Assembly: GCA_036505295.1 (NCBI GenBank)
Contig: DASXTQ010000093.1
Coordinates: forward strand, 5,900 to 69,899
DNA from: Candidatus Eiseniibacteriota bacterium
GTDB lineage: Bacteria > Eisenbacteria > RBG-16-71-46 > SZUA-252
Direction: 5' to 3'
DNA: 64,000 bases
Shown: piece by piece, positions 1 to 9,463 of the stretch
Layout of the letters: every line of letters starts with the position of its first letter
Position numbering within the stretch: position 1 is the first letter of the stretch
Translations under genes and position numbers: made by a program
The notes under the pieces: model-generated
Database searches by the model: none
What the model saw: the letters and a program-made list of their open reading frames with translations, nothing else
Told to the model about the DNA's origin: nothing

Positions 1-1044
1 TTCGATCATCTCGCGTTTCGCCTTGTCGCGCGCGATCTCGCCGGAGCGGATCTCGGTGTTGACCTCTCGGATCTGCTCGCGGGTCATCTTGCCGTCGACT
101 TCGACCTTGCGGACCTTGCGGCGCGCGCTCTTCACCGCGCGCTCGAACTCGACCAGGTCCGGCATGGTGAGCCGGGACTCCTTCTCGACCTGCTTCAAGT
201 CCTTCCGGCTCTTCCGCGCGCGCTTCAGGAGCACATGGAGCTCTTCGGCGCTCCTGTCGTGGCGGCGCTCGAAATGGGTTACCTCCGACTCCGCCTCGCG
301 GACGTCCAGCGCGAGCTGCTTCATCCGGGTCGCGAGCCGCTCGATCAACCGCCCGTTGAAGTTGAGCGCATAGAGATCGCGGAGGAGCTCTTCATCGGCC
401 TGACGCACCTTCTCGACGTGCGCCCGGCGCTTGTCCTCGGAGGCCCGCGAAGTCGGCTTTTCTTGAAGCTTCACGAGCTTCGTGTGAAGCTGGCGCACCC
501 GCTCCATCGCCTTCTGGGCTCGCGCCCGCTCGCGCTTCGGCGAATACTCAGGGTTCCAGTTGCCGAAATCGATCTGCAGGAAATCCTCGACTCGCATCTT
601 TCCCTGCTTGAGCCTGACCCCCATCGCGAGGAGCTCTTTGATGATCGGGGTCGAGCGGAAGAGCGCAGTGCAGATCTGCCGTTCGCCCGCCTTGATCCGC
701 TTGGCGATTTCGACCTCACCCTCGCGGTCGAGGAGCGGGACGCGCCCCATCTCGCGCAGATACATGCGCACGGGGTCGTCGTACCGCATCGGATGCTGCA
801 GGAGCTGTTTCTCCTGCGGCCGCTTCTCCTCACGGCGCTTCAGCTTGAGCTTCTGCTGCGCCTCCTCGTGGCTGTCGAAAACGTCGACCTTGAGGTCGTT
901 GAGCGCGATGTAGACCTCGTCCATGTCCTCCACCGAGGCGCTCTCGTCCAAAAACGCCTCGATCTGGTCGTGGAGCAGGTACTGCTGCTTGCCAGCCAGC
1001 CCCTTGAGCTCCAGGAGACGGTCCGTCTTCGCACGCTTCGGCAT
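1..1044 (-). CDS. rpoD: RNA polymerase sigma-70 factor RpoD, N-terminal part (gene runs off the left edge)
   Basis: The reverse-complement reading frame from ATG at 1044 gives MPKRAKTDRLLELKGLAGKQQYLLHDQIEAFL...YDDPVRMYLREMG and, at the edge, EVNTEIRSGEIARDKAKREMIE. These look like sigma-70 regions 1.1/1.2. It sits directly downstream of dnaG as in the classic operon. The ORF track misses it because it is open at the window edge. Confidence 0.85.
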   Translation of the reverse strand, partial: MPKRAKTDRLLELKGLAGKQQYLLHDQIEAFLDESASVEDMDEVYIALNDLKVDVFDSHEEAQQKLKLKRREEKRPQEKQLLQHPMRYDDPVRMYLREMGRVPLLDREGEVEIAKRIKAGERQICTALFRSTPIIKELLAMGVRLKQGKMRVEDFLQIDFGNWNPEYSPKRERARAQKAMERVRQLHTKLVKLQEKPTSRASEDKRRAHVEKVRQADEELLRDLYALNFNGRLIERLATRMKQLALDVREAESEVTHFERRHDRSAEELHVLLKRARKSRKDLKQVEKESRLTMPDLVEFERAVKSARRKVRKVEVDGKMTREQIREVNTEIRSGEIARDKAKREMIE

Positions 1045-1078
1045 TCGCTCGTTTCTCCTTCCGGTCTGACCCGGTCCC

Positions 1079-2917
1079 TTAATGGATTGCGGCATGGCTG
1101 CTCCGCGTATGTAGCTTCGATGCAAGATCCCGCCGCTCGGCGATAAGCCTTCCCAGCGACCCCTCGTCCCGGCTCCGCTCCGCCTCGCGGATCGCCTGGT
1201 CCAGCAGCTGGATGCTCGCTTTCAGCCGGCGCTCTTCCAGACGCTGGATCAGGTCCCGGGCCTCTTTGCGGGACGCCTCGACGGTCCTTCCCGGCTCCTG
1301 CGGGAGCTCGGCAAGGAGCGATCGGGTAAGTGGGCTTTGGGCCAACAGCTCCCGAAGCTCGTCCGGAAGCGGTGCGCGCCCTTCCCCAAACCATGGATTC
1401 AAAAGATCGCGGAGAGGTTCGCTCCGGAAACAGATAGCCCCACCCTGGTCAACGACTTCCGCGAAAGCCCCCTCCTCGGTCAGGACGCGGCCGGCCAGCT
1501 CATGCTCGATCGGGTCGGCGGGCAGGGATGCGGCCCCTTCGGTGGGCGGATCGGCCCCAGCTGATGCGGAAGCACGCACGGGACCGGGCTGGGGGGCTAC
1601 CGGACGGGTCTTCGAGCCCTTCTTCCCCCGGCCCCCGGTGCCTCCCTGCACGGCTTCCATGAGGACGGCCTCTTCAAGGCCGAATACTTCGGCCCCGCGC
1701 CGGAGCAGGAGCCGGCGCCGGATCGGATCCTCGATGCGCTCCAAGAGCCCCACAAATCTTCGTACCCTCAATTCCAGGCTAGGGCTCGCGCCTTCCCCGC
1801 CCGCGAGCTTCGATTCCGCCAGGAAGCCCGGAACGTCCAGCGCACCCGCCAGCCGCTCTTGGAGCGCGCCCGCCCCCTCTTTCCGGAGGAAGGAATCCGG
1901 ATCCTCACCCCCCGGCAGCAGCAACACGCGCGTGTTCACGCCCGCCTGGAGCAGGGAATCCAGGCCCCGGTCCGCAGCGCGCACGCCCGCGTCGTCACCG
2001 TCGTAGAGCAAGAGCACATCGACCTGGAGCCTTGCCAAGAGCCGCGCCTGATCCGGCGTGAGCGCGGTCCCGCACGTCGAGACCGCGTTCGTGAACCCGC
2101 TCGCGTGGAGCCGGATCACGTCGAGATACCCCTCGGAAACGATCGCCTCTCGATGCTCGCGGATGCTCTGCCGCGCGAGCGGGAGCCCGTAGAGGAGCCT
2201 TCCCTTGCGAAAGACCGGCGTCTCCGGCGAGTTGAGATACTTCGGCGTGTCCGATTCCCCGATGGCCCTTGCTCCGAAGCCCGCGATCTTTCCCGCGCCG
2301 GTCGCGACCGGGAAGAGAATCCGGTTCCGGAACCGGTCGTAGTGCCCGCTGCCGTCCCCGCGGCGCAGGATCAGCCCCGCCTGTTCCATCACGGCCGTGG
2401 GCAGGAGCTTCGAGAGCGCGGTCAAGAGCCCGTCCCAACGCTCCGGGGCCCATCCGATCTCGAATCGCGTGAGCCACGGTTCTTCGAACCCGCGCCCCGC
2501 AAGGTAGGCGCGCGCCGCCGCGGCGCCCTCACCGTGAAGGCTCGCGTGGAAGAAATCCCGCGCGAGCGCGTTGGCCTGATAGAGCCGGTCGAACATCTCC
2601 TCGCCTGGGACGCGCTCCTGCTTCGGCATCTCGATCCCGGCGCGGTCCGCCAGCATGCGGAGCGCCTCGGGAAACGTGACCTCCTCGGTCTCCATCACGA
2701 ACGCGAAGGCATCCCCGCCGCGGCTACAGCCGAAGCAGTGCCAGATCTGACGGTCGGGCGTCACGGTGAACGACGGGGTCTTCTCCGTGTGAAAGGGGCA
2801 GAGCCCTTTGAACGAACGCCCCGCGCGCCTGAGCTCGACGCGCTCGCCGATGAGCTGGACGATGTCGGTCGCGTCCCGAACACGCTCGCGGACTTCTTCG
2901 CCGATCCGCATGGTCAT
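1079..2917 (-). CDS. dnaG: DNA primase DnaG
   Basis: 612-aa ORF with a CHC2 zinc finger (GLCPFHTEKTPSFTV...WHCFGCSRGGD) and a Toprim region (EGYLDVI...LLYDGDDAG). Confidence 0.92.
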   Translation of the reverse strand: MTMRIGEEVRERVRDATDIVQLIGERVELRRAGRSFKGLCPFHTEKTPSFTVTPDRQIWHCFGCSRGGDAFAFVMETEEVTFPEALRMLADRAGIEMPKQERVPGEEMFDRLYQANALARDFFHASLHGEGAAAARAYLAGRGFEEPWLTRFEIGWAPERWDGLLTALSKLLPTAVMEQAGLILRRGDGSGHYDRFRNRILFPVATGAGKIAGFGARAIGESDTPKYLNSPETPVFRKGRLLYGLPLARQSIREHREAIVSEGYLDVIRLHASGFTNAVSTCGTALTPDQARLLARLQVDVLLLYDGDDAGVRAADRGLDSLLQAGVNTRVLLLPGGEDPDSFLRKEGAGALQERLAGALDVPGFLAESKLAGGEGASPSLELRVRRFVGLLERIEDPIRRRLLLRRGAEVFGLEEAVLMEAVQGGTGGRGKKGSKTRPVAPQPGPVRASASAGADPPTEGAASLPADPIEHELAGRVLTEEGAFAEVVDQGGAICFRSEPLRDLLNPWFGEGRAPLPDELRELLAQSPLTRSLLAELPQEPGRTVEASRKEARDLIQRLEERRLKASIQLLDQAIREAERSRDEGSLGRLIAERRDLASKLHTRSSHAAIH

Positions 2918-2923
2918 GGGCTC

Positions 2924-5407
2924 CTATCCGAGGACCACGATCGTGACCCCGGTCCCTCCCTCGCGGAGCTCGCCCAAGCGAAACTCCTTCACGGTCGGTT
3001 GCTCCTTGAGCCAGCGCTTCATCCTGTCCCTCAGGATTCCCTTGCCCTTGCCGTGGATGATGCGGGCGCTGTCCACGCCGCCCATGATCGCGTTCTCGAG
3101 GAACACCTCGACCGCGCGGATCGCGTCGTCCGGCTCAAAGCCGCGCACGTCGATCTCGCGCGGGACCTCAGGGATCTCGATCTCCTGCCGGAGCGGGGCC
3201 GCGCGGCCGGACTCAGCGCTGTCCGTCCGATCGCTCGGCGCTCCCGAGTCCCGACGTAGGTGTCCGATGGGGAGCACCGCCGTCGCGCGTCCGATCTTCA
3301 CCCGAACGCGTCCATCCTGATCCGGACTCGAGAGCGCGACCCCTTCCGTCTGGAGCGCGGGCACGTAGACCTTGTCCCCTTCGCGGACCCGCTCGACCGG
3401 GACCCCGCGGTCGGGCCCCGCGGTCCATTCCGTCTCCGCGTCGATAGATTGGGACACGCTGCGCGCGAGCCCGCGCGCTTCCTCAAGCGTCTCGGCGCTC
3501 GCGCGCCGGTCCGCCCGAAGCTTCTTTCGGTAGTCGTCGATCTGGCTCTCGAGCTTCCGGAGCAGATCGCGCCTCGCCTGAAGCTCGGCCTGCTTGCGCT
3601 CGCGCCGCTCCCCCTCCAGGCTCGAGAGCGCGTTCTTGAGCTCCCCTTCGCGTTCCGCGAGCCTCATCCGCGTCTGCGTAAGCTCCTCCCGTTCCCGTGC
3701 GACGTCCCCTTTGAGGCGTCCCAGCTCCTCGATCAGGGCCCCCAGGTCGCGCTCGCCGCGCGGCAGAAGCTCACGCGCGCGCTCGAGCACTCCGCGATCC
3801 ATGCCGAACCGTTCCGCCACCTGGATCGCGCGGCTCCTTCCCGGCACCCCGACGATGAGCGTGAATCTTGGCTTGAGCGTCTCCTCGTCGAACGCCATCG
3901 AGGCGTTCCTCACGCCTGCCGTCTCCTGCGCGAACGACTTGAGCGCGCCATGGTGCGTCGTCGCCAAGCAGAGCGTGCTCCGCTCGAGCAGTCGCTCGAG
4001 AATCGCCTGCCCCAGCGCCGCCCCCTCGGTCGGATCGGTCCCCGATCCCAGCTCATCCAGGAGCACCAAGCTCCGCGGGGTCGCGACCGAGATCGCCTCC
4101 GACACCCGGCGCAGGTGCGAGAGGAAGGTGCTCACGTCCTCCATGAGGGACTGTTCGTCGCCGATATCGCAGACCACGTGGTCGAACCAGGGAACCCTCG
4201 TACCCTCCGCGGCCGGAATCGGCAGGCCGGCCATCGCGAGCAACGCCGACAGCCCGGCCGTTTTGAGCGCGACCGTCTTCCCTCCCATGTTCGGCCCGGT
4301 CACGAGCAAGAGCGGGGATTCGCGATCCAGCTCCAGATCGAGCGGCACCGGCGAAGACTCCATCTCTCGGCGCGCATGGCGCTCGACCAGGATCGGATGC
4401 CGCGCCCCCCGCAGCAGGAGCGAACGCTCTTCGGTCAGTGCGGGCAGGGTCCCTCCCACAGCCTGCGCCCACGCGGAGACCGCCTGCGCCGCGTCCAGCC
4501 GCGCGAGGCATGCCAGGTCCCGCACCAGCGCCTCGCGGTCGCGCCGTGCGAGACCGCTCAACTCACGCAGGATCCGATTCACCTCCCGCAGCTCGTCGAT
4601 GAAAAGATCCGCGAGCTGGCTATTCGCCTCCGCGGCTTCGCGCGGCTCCAGGAACACAGTGGTCCCCGTTCCGGAGTAACCGAGCGCGACGCCCGGAACC
4701 TGGCGCCGCTGCGAAGCGGGCACCGCGATCGCGTAGCGGCCCTCCCTCAGCGTGACGAAGCTCTCGGCGATTCCCATGCCGCGCAGGATCGACTCGAGTC
4801 TCTGCGCCAGCCGCTCCCGCAGCGTCTGAATCGAGCGGCGAATCCTGGCCAGGTCGGCGCTCGCGTCGTCGCGGACCTCGCCGGACGGCTCGAGCGTCCT
4901 GCCGAGCTCGCGATGAAGCACCGGGAGCGGCTCGAGCTCACCCAGCAGCCTCGAGAGGCCGGGCGTTTCCTTGCGGTTCTTTCGGACCCACGCGTGGGCA
5001 AGGCCCGCCTGATCGAGAAGGAGGCGAAGCTGCCACAGCTCCCCCCCCGCGAGCAGGGCGCCTTCGGTTTCCAGCTGCTCGAGCAGGAGGCCCACGTCGG
5101 GAACGGTGCCGGCCGGCGGTTCATCCCCAGTCCCCGCCAGAGAGATCAAATCGCCGTAAAGCTCCTGGTCCCGGCGTGCGTCATCCAACCGTTCGTGGCA
5201 CTGGATCCCGAGCACACGATCCCGTCCGGGGGCGGAACGCGTCCGCCCCGCGATCGTCGCAATGACGGCGGGGAACTCCAGAACTTGTTGCGCGTGACCT
5301 GGAGGGCCGGATTCCAATGGAACCGGGCGCCCCGATGGCTCGCGCCTAGGTGAGTTCGTAATGTCTGTTCGTCCGGAGTGCGGTGTCGGTGACGAAGCTT
5401 CGCCCAA
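2924..5407 (-). CDS. mutS2: Endonuclease MutS2 (MutS domain V ATPase plus C-terminal Smr domain)
   Basis: 827-aa ORF with Walker A VTGPNMGGKT, DELGSGTDP, and a C-terminal Smr-like IDVRGFEPDDAIRAVEVFL...IIHGKGKGILR. The true start may be internal. Confidence 0.85.
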   Translation of the reverse strand: MGEASSPTPHSGRTDITNSPRREPSGRPVPLESGPPGHAQQVLEFPAVIATIAGRTRSAPGRDRVLGIQCHERLDDARRDQELYGDLISLAGTGDEPPAGTVPDVGLLLEQLETEGALLAGGELWQLRLLLDQAGLAHAWVRKNRKETPGLSRLLGELEPLPVLHRELGRTLEPSGEVRDDASADLARIRRSIQTLRERLAQRLESILRGMGIAESFVTLREGRYAIAVPASQRRQVPGVALGYSGTGTTVFLEPREAAEANSQLADLFIDELREVNRILRELSGLARRDREALVRDLACLARLDAAQAVSAWAQAVGGTLPALTEERSLLLRGARHPILVERHARREMESSPVPLDLELDRESPLLLVTGPNMGGKTVALKTAGLSALLAMAGLPIPAAEGTRVPWFDHVVCDIGDEQSLMEDVSTFLSHLRRVSEAISVATPRSLVLLDELGSGTDPTEGAALGQAILERLLERSTLCLATTHHGALKSFAQETAGVRNASMAFDEETLKPRFTLIVGVPGRSRAIQVAERFGMDRGVLERARELLPRGERDLGALIEELGRLKGDVAREREELTQTRMRLAEREGELKNALSSLEGERRERKQAELQARRDLLRKLESQIDDYRKKLRADRRASAETLEEARGLARSVSQSIDAETEWTAGPDRGVPVERVREGDKVYVPALQTEGVALSSPDQDGRVRVKIGRATAVLPIGHLRRDSGAPSDRTDSAESGRAAPLRQEIEIPEVPREIDVRGFEPDDAIRAVEVFLENAIMGGVDSARIIHGKGKGILRDRMKRWLKEQPTVKEFRLGELREGGTGVTIVVLG

Positions 5408-5465
5408 GTGGGTAAGCGGGAAACCGGCCCCCGCCGATTTCCCGCGTTCTGCCGATGGACCGGAT

Positions 5466-5657
5466 CTATTCCGCTTTCATCCGGGCCATCATCTTTCTCT
5501 TCGCGGCGTTCAGCTTGCGCTTCCGCCGCTCGCTCGGTTTTTCGAAGTGCTGGTGACGACGCAAATCCGCGAGAACTCCTGCCTTCTCACACTTCTTCTT
5601 GAACCGGCGAAGGGCACTCTCGAAGGATTCACCTTCCTTTACCCTGATGCCGGGCAT
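5466..5657 (-). CDS. rpsU: 30S ribosomal protein S21
   Basis: 63-aa [32 protein letters not shown]...[12 protein letters not shown], a typical S21. Confidence 0.95.
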   Translation of the reverse strand: MPGIRVKEGESFESALRRFKKKCEKAGVLADLRRHQHFEKPSERRKRKLNAAKRKMMARMKAE

Positions 5658-5744
5658 CCTATGAATCGCCTCCTAACCCTGGTTTGGGGTTCCGTTCAAT
5701 CCTCCATGTCTGCCTTGGTGGGCAGCATTCCCCTAACACTAATC

Positions 5745-5773
5745 AAGATACCCCGAACGGGCACAACTGTCAA
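5745..5773 (-). promoter_or_regulatory. Putative sigma-70 promoter of the rpsU operon (TTGACA-17 nt-TATCTT)
   Basis: The minus strand reads TTGACAgttgtgcccgttcggggTATCTT, about 90 nt upstream of the rpsU ATG, in a relatively AT-rich spacer. Confidence 0.45.
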
Positions 5774-5790
5774 CATGAACCTAATTCACA

Positions 5791-6531
5791 TTACCGTAAC
5801 GAGTTTCGGGCCAGGCTGATAAGCGCCAGAGCCGCCGTTTCTGTCGTTAACCTGCTGGGGCCTAACGAGATAATCGAGAAATGCTCCTCTTGCAGCAAGC
5901 GGCGCTCCCCTTCCGTATATCCACCAGGAGGTCCAATCGCCAGTGTCACTGGATCTTCCGAGGTTTTGACGAGAGCAGGAGCCGGCTCTTCTCCCAGCGG
6001 GTCGGCCGCGAATCTGAGCCCCGACGGCAAATGTTTGACCGCCTCTCCGAGCGAGCCCGAGGAGCGTATCTCGGGAAGCCGAGTCCTGCGTGACTGCTTG
6101 AGCCCTGCCCGGGCGATCCGCCCGAGCCGCGAGAGGCGCGGGGATTTTAGGGCCGCCCGCCCGCTCCGCTCACACACGACGAAGTCGAACGCGCTCACGC
6201 CGAGCGGAACGCCGTGGGCCACGACATCGTCGACATCGCCCGAGTCCGGCAAGCCCACCAGCACCACGATGGTGCGGGTGAGCTCGCCGACTCCTTCGCG
6301 ACGCTCCACGATTCGTCCGACGGCGGCGCGACGCTCGACCGATTCGAGCACGCACTCGAAAAATGACCCCTCACCGTCGATCGCCTGAAACGGGGTCCCT
6401 TCCTTGGCGCGATGGACGCGGAGAAGATGGTGTGATTCGTCGGGGCTCAGCTTGAGACGATCGGACCCGACGGATGCCGGATCCACCCAGAAGAGCGTGT
6501 CCGGACGGCGGCGCTCCGCCAAATCAGCCAC
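5791..6531 (-). CDS. rsmE: 16S rRNA (uracil1498-N3)-methyltransferase RsmE
   Basis: 246-aa ORF. The C-terminal [13 protein letters not shown]...[13 protein letters not shown] matches the RsmE SPOUT motif. It follows dnaJ, as in Bacillus-type operons. Confidence 0.8.
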   Translation of the reverse strand: MADLAERRRPDTLFWVDPASVGSDRLKLSPDESHHLLRVHRAKEGTPFQAIDGEGSFFECVLESVERRAAVGRIVERREGVGELTRTIVVLVGLPDSGDVDDVVAHGVPLGVSAFDFVVCERSGRAALKSPRLSRLGRIARAGLKQSRRTRLPEIRSSGSLGEAVKHLPSGLRFAADPLGEEPAPALVKTSEDPVTLAIGPPGGYTEGERRLLQEEHFSIISLGPSRLTTETAALALISLARNSLR

Positions 6532-7684
6532 CGCCCCGGGGACGATGCGGTGGGGGCACCTTCGATTCAGGCAGCTCCTCGAGCTCCATGAAGAGCTTCT
6601 TTCCGCGTTCGGAGAGCTTGGTGGGCGTGTGGACGGTCACCTTCACAAGAAGGTCACCCGTGCCGGATCGCTTGAGGCTCTTCAGACCTTTCCCACGCAA
6701 CCGGAGCACTTGACCCGACTGGATACCCAGCGGGATATCGACCTTGGCTTTGCCGCCCAGCGTGGGCACCTCGATCTTCCCGCCGACCGCCGCACGGGCC
6801 ACGCTGATCGGGACCTCGACGATGAGGTCCTCGCCGTCCCGCGCGAACACCGGATGCTCGATCTCCTCGATATGCGCGATGAGATCCCCGGGAGGTCCGC
6901 CGCGAACCCCCGCGTCCCCCAGCTTCCGAAGAGGGATGTAGTTTCCGTTCATGACCCCCGGCGGCACCCGGATCGTGATCTCTTCTTGAGTCCTCACGCG
7001 CCCCTCGCCCGAGCATGTGGGACAGGGGTCTTCGATCACCGCCCCTTCGCCCTGGCATCGGTCGCACGTGGTCACGCTGATGAGCTGGCCGAAGAGCGAC
7101 CTCTGCACCGCACGGACCTGGCCCGAGCCGCCGCAGACGGGGCACGTGCGTTTCGCCGTACCCGCTTTGGCGCCTGTACCGCTGCACACCGAGCAGGGTG
7201 TCATACGCCGGATCTTGATCCGCTTCTCGACGCCGGTCGCGATTTCCTCCAGCGTGAGGGGCAGGCGGATTTCGAGATTCCGTCCGCGCCGCTCGCTCGG
7301 TCCGGCTCGCCGCCCACCCATCTGCGACTCGAAGACGTCCCCGAAGCCGCCCCCCATGCCCCCGCCGCCGAAGTCGCGCATGAACGCGCGGAGGGCATCG
7401 GCGAGATCGAAGCCTTCGAACTCCGCGCCCCCCCCGCCCCCAGTGCCGCCGGCGGGCGCCCCCGCGGCGTGGCCGAACCGGTCGTAGTGCGTGCGCTTCT
7501 CCGGGTCGTGAAGGACTTCGTAGGCTTCGGCGACCTCCTTGAAGCTCTCTTCGGCCTTCTTATCGCCCGGATTGCGGTCCGGGTGGAATTTCATCGCGAG
7601 CTGCCGATAGGCCTTCTTGAGCTCGTCATCCGTCGCCGTTCGGGGAACACCCAGGATCTCGTAGTAATCCCGCCGCGTCGTCAG
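6524..7684 (-). CDS. dnaJ: Chaperone DnaJ, with a proposed non-canonical CTG start
   Basis: The tracked ORF begins inside the J domain ([11 protein letters not shown]). The same open frame upstream encodes (L)[29 protein letters not shown]. Four CxxCxGxG zinc-finger repeats are present. The only plausible initiator is CTG at 7684, 7 nt after GGAGG. Confidence 0.8.
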   Translation of the reverse strand: MTTRRDYYEILGVPRTATDDELKKAYRQLAMKFHPDRNPGDKKAEESFKEVAEAYEVLHDPEKRTHYDRFGHAAGAPAGGTGGGGGAEFEGFDLADALRAFMRDFGGGGMGGGFGDVFESQMGGRRAGPSERRGRNLEIRLPLTLEEIATGVEKRIKIRRMTPCSVCSGTGAKAGTAKRTCPVCGGSGQVRAVQRSLFGQLISVTTCDRCQGEGAVIEDPCPTCSGEGRVRTQEEITIRVPPGVMNGNYIPLRKLGDAGVRGGPPGDLIAHIEEIEHPVFARDGEDLIVEVPISVARAAVGGKIEVPTLGGKAKVDIPLGIQSGQVLRLRGKGLKSLKRSGTGDLLVKVTVHTPTKLSERGKKLFMELEELPESKVPPPHRPRGGG

Positions 7685-7686
7685 AC

Positions 7687-8337
7687 CTAAACCTCCCCGG
7701 CGCCCTGCGCCGTGTGTTTTTCGTTTCTTCGTGCGGAATCGTGGGGCGAGGACGAGGGCGGTCCCGCGACGACCACTTGAGCGTGCCGCAAGACGCGGGC
7801 TTTGAAGAGGTATCCAGGAACGAGGACTTCGATCACGGTGCCGGCCGGATGGGTTTCGCTCGGCCGTTGCGCCATCGCGTCGTGGAGCTCCGGATCGAAC
7901 TTCGCTCCCAACGCCGGGATCTCCTCGAGCCCCTCTTTCTCAAGCGTTCGCCAGAGCCGTTCGCGGATCAGAAGGACGCCGGAACGGAAGGGGCCCCCCT
8001 CCCGATCCTTAGACGCCTCGAGCGCGCGATCGATGTCATCGAGAACCGGAAGGACGTTGCGAACCAAAGACTCCTGCGCGGTGAGGACGGATGCTTCCGT
8101 GTCCTGCTTGCGCCGGCGGTTCACGTTCGTCAGCTCGGCGAGCGCGCGCAGGAGCTCGTCTTCCCGTGCGCGTGCCCGCGTCAGCTCCGCGAGCAGCCGT
8201 GCGGGATCCTCCACCAGAGGCGGCCTCGCCTCGACAGCCGCTCCCTCACCCGCCTGCTCCGACGTGGCCCCCGCGGGCGTCTCGGGGGCTACCTCGGTGT
8301 CCTGGTCCTCGGGAATCTGATCCTTCTTCCGATTCAT
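7687..8337 (-). CDS. grpE: Nucleotide exchange factor GrpE
   Basis: Last 217 codons of the 565-aa tracked ORF, starting MNRKKDQ. Contains [19 protein letters not shown]...[11 protein letters not shown]...[16 protein letters not shown]. Its ATG overlaps the hrcA stop (ATGA). Confidence 0.9.
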   Translation of the reverse strand: MNRKKDQIPEDQDTEVAPETPAGATSEQAGEGAAVEARPPLVEDPARLLAELTRARAREDELLRALAELTNVNRRRKQDTEASVLTAQESLVRNVLPVLDDIDRALEASKDREGGPFRSGVLLIRERLWRTLEKEGLEEIPALGAKFDPELHDAMAQRPSETHPAGTVIEVLVPGYLFKARVLRHAQVVVAGPPSSSPHDSARRNEKHTAQGAGEV

Positions 8338-9350
8338 GCGAACTCCGCGAGTCGCCCGCCCACGTAGGATACGAGCGAGAGCAGCCGAGGATACGGCATC
8401 CGGACGGGTCCCAGCACGCCCAGAGATCCATGAAACCGGCTCGAGGCGATCCCGGTGCCGACGAGCGAGCAGGCGCGCATCGCTCCCTCCCCAAGCTCGC
8501 GGCCGATCGTGACCCGCGCGGCTCCGACGCCCATGAACGCGTCCATGGCGCGAGTCAAAGGCTCCGGTTCCGCGAGCAGCGCCACGAGCCCGCGGAGGCG
8601 ATCGGCAGACTGAAACTCCGGTTGCGAGGCGATGTTCTCGGCACCGCCGATGCGAACGTCGGGGCGCCGCAGGCCCTCGAGCAGCTTGCCCGCGCGATGC
8701 AGCACCTCGGCGATGAGCGGGACCGCGGCCGCGGGCGCCTCCCTGCGCGCGGCACGGGCCAGCGCCGCGCACGCGGCCGGGTCGCGCAGGGGCAAGCGCT
8801 CGGCGATCCATCGCTGCGCGAGCCGGATGGTCGCCGCGTCGGCTGCCCGGGATGGCCGCCAGGTCGTGGACGAGCCGCGTTCCCCGATCGCGAGAAGGAG
8901 CACCCCCTCCTCGAGCGCGACCAGATCCAGGCTCTGGATCGGAACCTCCGCCCATGGCCGCACGGCCACCATCGCGAGCTGCCCCGAGCTCTTCGCGAGG
9001 ACGCGGGTCGCGAGCCCCTGTAGGTCTTCGGCGGCGGGAGCGCGGCAATCGAGGGCCTTGTCCAAGACACGCCTGGTCGCGGGCGTGATCGGCTCGGGCT
9101 CCATGAGCGAATCGACATAGTAGCGATAGCCTGCTTCCGTGGGGACGCGGCCGGCCGATGTATGCGGATGATCGAGAAGGCCTTCCCCCTCGAGACGTTT
9201 CATCGCGCCTCGGATGGTCGCGGGGGAAATACTCAGGTGGTAAGCCATGCGGACATACTGCGAGCCGACCGGCTCTGCCCTCATGACGTGGCTCTCCACC
9301 ACGAATTTGAGGATCCGGCGATGCCGCTCGTCCAGGCTGGGTCTGGGCAT
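8334..9350 (-). CDS. hrcA: Heat-inducible transcription repressor HrcA
   Basis: LDERHRRILKFVVESHVMRAEPVGSQYV... is a typical HrcA N-terminus. I prefer the ATG at 9350 (MPRPSLDERH), because the tracked GTG start at 9371 would lie inside the CIRCE element. Confidence 0.88.
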   Translation of the reverse strand: MPRPSLDERHRRILKFVVESHVMRAEPVGSQYVRMAYHLSISPATIRGAMKRLEGEGLLDHPHTSAGRVPTEAGYRYYVDSLMEPEPITPATRRVLDKALDCRAPAAEDLQGLATRVLAKSSGQLAMVAVRPWAEVPIQSLDLVALEEGVLLLAIGERGSSTTWRPSRAADAATIRLAQRWIAERLPLRDPAACAALARAARREAPAAAVPLIAEVLHRAGKLLEGLRRPDVRIGGAENIASQPEFQSADRLRGLVALLAEPEPLTRAMDAFMGVGAARVTIGRELGEGAMRACSLVGTGIASSRFHGSLGVLGPVRMPYPRLLSLVSYVGGRLAEFA

Positions 9351-9364
9351 AAAGGTCGGGTGGA

Positions 9365-9391
9365 TTGGCACTCGATGAGGTCAAGTGCTAA
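9365..9391 (-). promoter_or_regulatory. CIRCE operator (HrcA binding inverted repeat)
   Basis: The minus strand reads TTAGCACTT-GACCTCATC-GAGTGCCAA against the consensus TTAGCACTC-N9-GAGTGCTAA (2 mismatches). It lies 15 nt upstream of the hrcA ATG. Confidence 0.85.
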
Positions 9392-9401
9392 CCCAAAGCG
9401 A

Positions 9402-9431
9402 ACGCTATCAGCCTGGGGGGTTTGATGTCAA
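9402..9431 (-). promoter_or_regulatory. Putative sigma-70 promoter of the hrcA operon (TTGACA-18 nt-TAGCGT)
   Basis: The minus strand reads TTGACAtcaaaccccccaggctgaTAGCGT, immediately upstream of CIRCE. The -10 box is weak. Confidence 0.35.
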
Positions 9432-9463
9432 GCGGAAGGGCTATGCTGCTGTGCTCCAGCGCC

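Noticed and set aside
840-1394. 184-aa minus-strand ORF bridging the rpoD start and the dnaG end
   Set aside because: It is out of frame with both well-supported genes and has an R/G/P/A-rich translation.
3260-5353. 697-aa plus-strand ORF opposite mutS2. Similar long antisense ORFs occur at 1859-3259, 15680-17323, 41269-43470, 50563-52002, 56626-58104, 60607-62472 and 62180-63826.
   Set aside because: All lie antisense to CDS with strong family signatures. All have Arg/Pro/Gly-rich low-complexity translations and lack ribosome-binding sites or motifs.
7687-9384. Single 565-aa ORF spanning grpE and hrcA
   Set aside because: Only the last 217 codons (from MNRKKDQ) are GrpE. The upstream part is an out-of-frame read over the well-supported hrcA CDS.
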